Part shown: piece after piece, positions 59,331 to 64,000 of the stretch
Layout: each line of letters begins with the position of its first letter
Numbering within the stretch: the stretch's first letter is position 1
NCBI GenBank assembly: GCA_036012755.1
Contig: DASCPX010000183.1
Coordinates: forward strand, 21,866-85,865
DNA length: 64,000 nt
Direction: 5' to 3'
Source: Myxococcota bacterium
GTDB taxonomy: Bacteria > Myxococcota_A > UBA796 > CAJQPC01
The notes under the pieces: model-generated
Told to the model about the DNA's origin: nothing
Databases searched by the model: none
The model's input: only the letters and a program-made list of their open reading frames with translations
Made by a program: the position numbers and the translations under genes

Positions 59331-60620
59331 CTAACGGACCGTGATCGCACCGGAATGAATCCACGGGTGCGAGCGCTCCGCGAGCGCCTCCGCGTCGGTC
59401 AGGAAGTCGGTCAGGTGGAGGGGCACGATGGACCAGCTGACGCGGTAGACGCCCGGGGTCGTGGCCTCGTGTTCGCCGCAGCCCTCGGCCACTACGGCGC
59501 CGTCCCGGCGAATCGCGACGGTGATCTCGGGGTCCTCGACGCCGCGCGGCGAGGTAGAGGCGAGGCCCGTACAGGAGACGTGCAGAGTGCCGGGATCGGC
59601 GATGCCGCCGAGCTCGGTGATGTCGCCGCCGCTGTCGATGTGGACGTCGAGCGCGTCCGGGACACCCAGGAGCTCGAAGACCACGGCGTTTCGACCGGCG
59701 GAGAGCGCCTCGTCGAAGTCCTCACCCTCGGTCAGGGCCCAGTTGCTGAACCAGGAGACCATGCGCCGGTAGCTGTCGACGCGCTCGCCGTCGTCCAGCT
59801 CCAGGTTCAGCACGTTCTGGTGTGCGTCGGTGCCGGCTATGCCGACGGTGGGTCGGAGCTGGGACAGGGCGTCCCAGTGCTCCAAGGAGGGTGTCTGGTC
59901 CTGGTGGACGGCGAGGTAGAGCAGGTCCGGCTCGGCGTCACCGTCGACGAAGGGCCCGATGTCCTCGACCCAGGAGAAGGGCTCCAGGCCCAGGTCCTCC
60001 TCCCGCTTGTCCGGAGCGAACATGGCGTGGAGGTTGAAGATCTCGAGCCCGACCAGTCCCCACTCGGAGCGCTCGACCAACTCGTCGAGGTCGCGGCCCT
60101 CTGAGTGGGCCTGGAAGACGAGCGCCCCGGCCTCGGCGAAGGCGGCGTAGGACTCGGCGTCGCTGCGGTTGTAGAGGGCGTACCGCTCCTCTGCGGTCCC
60201 GGGGACGGGCTCCTCCAGCCCGATGGGCATGCTGTCGTCCTCGATGCCCGGGTAGAGCAGGGTCCCGCACTCCATGCGGCTGCCGTGCCCGAGGTCTTCG
60301 TCGCCCTCCCTGAGCAGCTTCGTGTCCTCGTAGTCCTGGTAGGCGGCGTGGGAGGGGTGGTCGGTGACGTAGGCGAAGTCCATGCCGGTCCGGCAGAGCC
60401 CGTCGCGGAAGTCCTGGAGGCACTCCTCTGAGAAGACACCGTCCTCGTCGATCCGACCGTCGCAGGCGTCGTGGGACCAGGGGGAGTGCAGGTGGACGAT
60501 GCCGCGACGCCAGCGTCGGTCGCGCAGTTCGAGAACGAGCCGCGGGCGGTCCGGCGACCAGGGCACAGTCACAGGTCCGCTGTCGCCGGGCGCTCCGGTA
60601 CAGGCCAGCAGGAGGAACAT
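59331..60620 (-). CDS. PHP-like metallohydrolase lipoprotein
   Basis: MFLLLA-C; HLHSPWSHD, TDH, QAH, EIFN, GTDAH. Confidence 0.75.
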   Translation of the reverse strand: MFLLLACTGAPGDSGPVTVPWSPDRPRLVLELRDRRWRRGIVHLHSPWSHDACDGRIDEDGVFSEECLQDFRDGLCRTGMDFAYVTDHPSHAAYQDYEDTKLLREGDEDLGHGSRMECGTLLYPGIEDDSMPIGLEEPVPGTAEERYALYNRSDAESYAAFAEAGALVFQAHSEGRDLDELVERSEWGLVGLEIFNLHAMFAPDKREEDLGLEPFSWVEDIGPFVDGDAEPDLLYLAVHQDQTPSLEHWDALSQLRPTVGIAGTDAHQNVLNLELDDGERVDSYRRMVSWFSNWALTEGEDFDEALSAGRNAVVFELLGVPDALDVHIDSGGDITELGGIADPGTLHVSCTGLASTSPRGVEDPEITVAIRRDGAVVAEGCGEHEATTPGVYRVSWSIVPLHLTDFLTDAEALAERSHPWIHSGAITVR

Positions 60621-60648
60621 CTTCTCCGACTATTGGGTCCGGGCCCTC

Positions 60649-61404
60649 TCAGCGAGCGTTGAGCGCCTCTACCACCGCCAGGGCGTCCCCGACGCTGTAG
60701 TAGTCGACGGACAGCAGGTTGACGAAGCCGACCGCCTCCAGGCAGGCGCCGACGTGGTCACCGATTACCGGCTGGTGGTTGATGGCCTCTGCGTTTTCCG
60801 GACTGGCGATGGGGTTCGTCAGCACGTGGGTGACCTCGTAGAGGCCCCCGTCGATCTCCTCTCCCTGGACGGTGCAGTCGAGCTCCTCGGGCGTGTCGTA
60901 GTCCCAGGCAGTGCCGTAGACGAGCCGCTCGTCGAGCAGGACGAGCTCGCCACGCAGGGCCCGCATCGTCTGCCAGGGCTCGCCATGCGGTTGCAGGTGG
61001 ACGCGCTCGTAGACCGCGTGGGCCTCTACTGCGTCGATCATGTCTCCCTCGGGGGCCTCGTCCTGGAAGTCGATCAGCACGGTCTCGTCTGGGTTCTCGC
61101 CGAGGAAGTCCTCGATCTCGTCCAGGATCTCCTCCAACGGCTGGGTGCCGAGCTCGCAGAAGCCGTGGCAGGCGGCTAGCTCTCCTTCCCACTCGTAGAC
61201 GTCGACGTTGAGGCTCCTGACGCCGTCCTCGAGCTGGGTGGGGATCGCGAAGGTGTGGTTCCTGGCGGTCAGGTGGTAGCCGCGCTCTTCGCTGGCGTGG
61301 GAGTTGTGGCTCCGCAAGAAGGCGACCTCGTCCAAGGGCAGGTCACAGAGCTCCACGGCGCCGTTGCAGCGCAGGGGCTCCGTACAGGCGATCAACCACA
61401 GCAC
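60649..61404 (-). CDS. PI-PLC-like phosphodiesterase lipoprotein
   Basis: MLWLIA-C; CNG..LC, SHNSH, QLEDGVR, CHG, FL..NP.E, VDYY. Confidence 0.78.
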   Translation of the reverse strand: MLWLIACTEPLRCNGAVELCDLPLDEVAFLRSHNSHASEERGYHLTARNHTFAIPTQLEDGVRSLNVDVYEWEGELAACHGFCELGTQPLEEILDEIEDFLGENPDETVLIDFQDEAPEGDMIDAVEAHAVYERVHLQPHGEPWQTMRALRGELVLLDERLVYGTAWDYDTPEELDCTVQGEEIDGGLYEVTHVLTNPIASPENAEAINHQPVIGDHVGACLEAVGFVNLLSVDYYSVGDALAVVEALNAR

Positions 61405-61436
61405 CCTCGCAGGCTAACCTCGGGCCAGGCGGGCCC

Positions 61437-62528
61437 ATGCACATCAGTGGCAGCTTCGACTCCGGCAACATCGAGCTCCGCGACGGCGAGCTCCACATCC
61501 GCCACGACGTCGGCGGCGAGCACATGCAGTGGTTCCACTTCCGGGTCACCGGTGCCCGTGGAGAGGCCTGCACCCTGAGGCTCGTCAACGCCAAGGCTGC
61601 CAGCTACCCAGAGGCCTGGGAGGGCTACCGCGCCTGCGTCTCGAGCGACCGAAAGGCCTGGCGGCGAGTGGACACCCGGTACATCGGCGGGGCCCTCGAG
61701 ATCGCCTTTTCGCTGGAGTCCGAGGTGGTCTGGGTGGCCTACTTCACGCCCTACTCCCTCGAGCGGCACATGGAGCTGTTGGGGTGGTGCCAGGGCAGGG
61801 CGCGTCTCGACCGCCTGGGCACCACCCTGGATGGACGCGACCTCGACAGGGTCATCGCCGGCACGGGCGACAAGGTCGTCTGGATCATCGCTCGCCAGCA
61901 CCCCGGGGAGAGCATGGCCCAGTGGTGGGTAGAGGGCCTCCTCCGCCGGCTCCTGGATTCCTCGGACGCCCTCGGGCGGCGCCTCCTGGACAGCGCCACC
62001 TTCCACATCGTGCCCAACATGAACCCCGACGGCAGCGTCCGCGGCCACCTCCGCTGCAACGCCTCCGGGGCGAACCTCAACCGCGAGTGGCACGAACCCT
62101 CCGCCGAGCGCTCGCCAGAGGTGCTCCATGCGCTGGCCGCCATGGATGTCTCCGGTGTCGACTTCTTCATGGACGTCCACGGCGACGAGGAGCTGCCCTA
62201 TGTCTTCATCTCCGGCTGCGAGGGCGTCCCCGGCTGGGACGAGCAGCGGGGCAGGGACGACCGGCTCTTTCGTGACGACTACGAGCGGGCCTGTCCCGAC
62301 TTCCAGCAGGTCATCGGCTACGGCGTGGACAAGCCCGGCGAGGCGAACATGAGCATGGCCGGCAACGCCGTCGCCGAGCGCTTCAGCTGCATCGGGCTCA
62401 CCCTCGAGATGCCCTTCAAGGACAACGCCAACGCCCCGGACAGCGACCACGGCTGGTGTGCGCGGCGCTCCATGCGTCTCGGCGCCGCGGTGCTCCAGCC
62501 GCTCTCGGCGCTCCTGGACCGCCTTTGA
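61437..62528 (+). CDS. M14 cytosolic carboxypeptidase
   Basis: FDSGNI, ARQHPGE, PNMNPDG, NLNREW, DVHGDE, TLEMPFKD. Confidence 0.92.
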   Translation: MHISGSFDSGNIELRDGELHIRHDVGGEHMQWFHFRVTGARGEACTLRLVNAKAASYPEAWEGYRACVSSDRKAWRRVDTRYIGGALEIAFSLESEVVWVAYFTPYSLERHMELLGWCQGRARLDRLGTTLDGRDLDRVIAGTGDKVVWIIARQHPGESMAQWWVEGLLRRLLDSSDALGRRLLDSATFHIVPNMNPDGSVRGHLRCNASGANLNREWHEPSAERSPEVLHALAAMDVSGVDFFMDVHGDEELPYVFISGCEGVPGWDEQRGRDDRLFRDDYERACPDFQQVIGYGVDKPGEANMSMAGNAVAERFSCIGLTLEMPFKDNANAPDSDHGWCARRSMRLGAAVLQPLSALLDRL

Positions 62529-63703
62529 TCGCGCTTCTGGGCTGTCTCTCTTCGCCGGCGCCGCCGGCGGGGCCGGATCTGACCCTCGTCAGCGTCGAGA
62601 CCCTCCGCGCTGATCACCTGCCCGCCTGGGGCTATGAGCGGGAGACGATGCCGTTTCTCTCCTCCGTGGAGGGACGCCGCTTCCACCATGCGCGCTCCAC
62701 CGCTCCGTGGACGCTGCCCTCGATGGCCTCGATGCTGACCGGCCTGCAGGCCACCGAGCACGGCGTCGTGACCCACGACAGCGTGCTGCCCGAGGATGTC
62801 CGGACCCTCGCAGAGGACCTCTCCGCCGCCGGCTACGAGACGGCGTTCTTCGGCGTGAACGAGCTCTTCGTCGACCCTCGAGGCCTCGACCAGGGCTTCT
62901 CGACCTTCATGGGCGTGAACGGATGGTCCGCGGACAAGCTCCGGCGCGAGGTGGAGGCGTTCCTTGAAAACCGGAACGATAATAGACCGTTGTTCCTTGT
63001 GGTCCACTTCTTCGAGCCTCACTGTCCATACCACGCCCCTCGAGACCTGCGCGGCACCTTCGTCTCGGACCCGGGCGAGCGGGTATCAGAGGAACAATGG
63101 TCAACGATGTCAGACTGTTATAAGGAGGACCCTGACATCTCGAAGACCATCGACGCCTATGACGAGGAGCTCGTGGCTGTCGACCGTGTGATCGGGCAGC
63201 TGCAGCTCCCGGGGATCGTCGCCTACGTCGGGGATCACGGCGAGTCCTTCTGGGAGCACGGTGACTACGGCCATGGCCGTCAGGTCTACGATGAGGCAGT
63301 CCATGTGCCGCTTATCGTTCATGGAACCGGCTTCGAAGGTGTGGAGGAGCGACCGGTCTCGACCGCATGGATCGCCAACACCTTCAGGGCTCGGGCGGGG
63401 CTCTCCAGCGAGCGCCCGAGCCTGGAGTCTCCGTTGGCCCAGGTCGTCTCCCAGACCGCCAACGAGGGGCTGGATCGGAGCGTCGTCGCCGAGGGCAGCC
63501 TGCGGCTCTTCCTCGACGAGGAGGGGGCCAGGCTGACCGATCTCGCCAGTGATCCGGTCGAGACCGGTCGCATCGAGGACGAGGCCGCTGTCACGCGGCT
63601 GACGGCGGCGCTTCCCCAGCCGCTCTTCGACGCCGAGCGGCGCCCGCTGGAGGCCGCCTCGGTAGAGCGCTTGCGGGCGCTGGGCTACCTCGAGCGAGAA
63701 TAG
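62525..63703 (+). CDS. Sulfatase-family lipoprotein
   Basis: MIALLG-C; ETLRADH, WTLPSMASMLTG, EPHCPY, GDHGE, LRALGY. TTGA overlap. Confidence 0.87.
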   Translation: MIALLGCLSSPAPPAGPDLTLVSVETLRADHLPAWGYERETMPFLSSVEGRRFHHARSTAPWTLPSMASMLTGLQATEHGVVTHDSVLPEDVRTLAEDLSAAGYETAFFGVNELFVDPRGLDQGFSTFMGVNGWSADKLRREVEAFLENRNDNRPLFLVVHFFEPHCPYHAPRDLRGTFVSDPGERVSEEQWSTMSDCYKEDPDISKTIDAYDEELVAVDRVIGQLQLPGIVAYVGDHGESFWEHGDYGHGRQVYDEAVHVPLIVHGTGFEGVEERPVSTAWIANTFRARAGLSSERPSLESPLAQVVSQTANEGLDRSVVAEGSLRLFLDEEGARLTDLASDPVETGRIEDEAAVTRLTAALPQPLFDAERRPLEAASVERLRALGYLERE

Positions 63704-63712
63704 GATTCGCTC

Positions 63713-63912
63713 GTGTTCGTCGCTTTGTTCGCCTGCACCGGGCGATCCCGACGCCGAGGAGGGTTGGTTCGAGACCGGCCAGCCCGCCGACGCCGTGCTC
63801 GGTGCCGGAGCGCCTGGCCTTCGACGGCCGCTCCCTGTGGGTGGCCGAGTACAAGTTCTCCGGTCGAGTCCTTGGCTACCAGCGCGTTGACGCCCGCACC
63901 CTCGGCGAGTAG
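63713..63912 (+). pseudogene. Remnant of an NHL-repeat-like lipoprotein gene
   Basis: Three frames: MFVALFAC / WFETGQPADAVLG / PERLAFDGRSLWVAEYKFSGRVLGY..TAG. Confidence 0.5.
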
Positions 63913-63915
63913 GTG
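63887..63915 (+). promoter_or_regulatory. Possible sigma70 promoter of the tRNA
   Basis: TTGACG-N17-TAGGTG, 8 bp before the tRNA. Confidence 0.35.
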
Positions 63916-63923
63916 GCCGTCCT

Positions 63924-63997
63924 GCCCCCGTAGCTCAGTTGGATAGAGCGGCGGATTCCTAATCCGTAGGCCGAAGGTTCGAATCCTTTCGGGGGTA
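63924..63997 (+). tRNA. tRNA-Arg(CCT)
   Basis: Acceptor GCCCCCG/CGGGGGT, D-arm TAGCTCAGTTGGATAGAGC, anticodon loop TTCCTAA, T-loop TTCGAAT. CCA not encoded (followed by CCT). Confidence 0.96.
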
Positions 63998-64000
63998 CCT

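Noticed and set aside
62950..63130. Slightly lower-GC patch inside the sulfatase gene as foreign DNA
   Set aside because: Short, in frame and carrying normal sulfatase motifs, with no mobility signs.

Overview
Very GC-rich, very compact bacterial chromosome segment with about 60 genes, mostly joined by ATGA/GTGA/TTGA overlaps. Gene content looks Myxococcota-like (inference): a Haliangium-type microcompartment, a sigma54 activator, PilT, Flp and Cys-rich lipoproteins. Recognisable parts are an ABC exporter pair; a cyclase / MBL-hydrolase / GAF-bEBP module with a full sigma54 promoter architecture; trpS; two sigma factors; an aminotransferase-LuxE-LuxC-dipeptidase operon; mpl; asnB; a 7-gene BMC locus with a nearby class II aldolase directly behind comEC-like/comEA; an uncharacterised SBP-OmpA ABC operon; and tRNA-Arg(CCT). 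Two window-wide signals stand out. First, many start codons lie 6-7 nt after a TAnnnT hexamer, suggesting leaderless mRNAs. Second, about ten lipoproteins have ultra-short uncharged signal peptides (Cys at residue 7-11), several fixed by in-frame upstream stops. Several degenerate pseudo-enzymes and gene scars also occur. No CRISPR array, rRNA, integrase or transposase was seen. All product calls come from motif recognition by eye, not from database searches.
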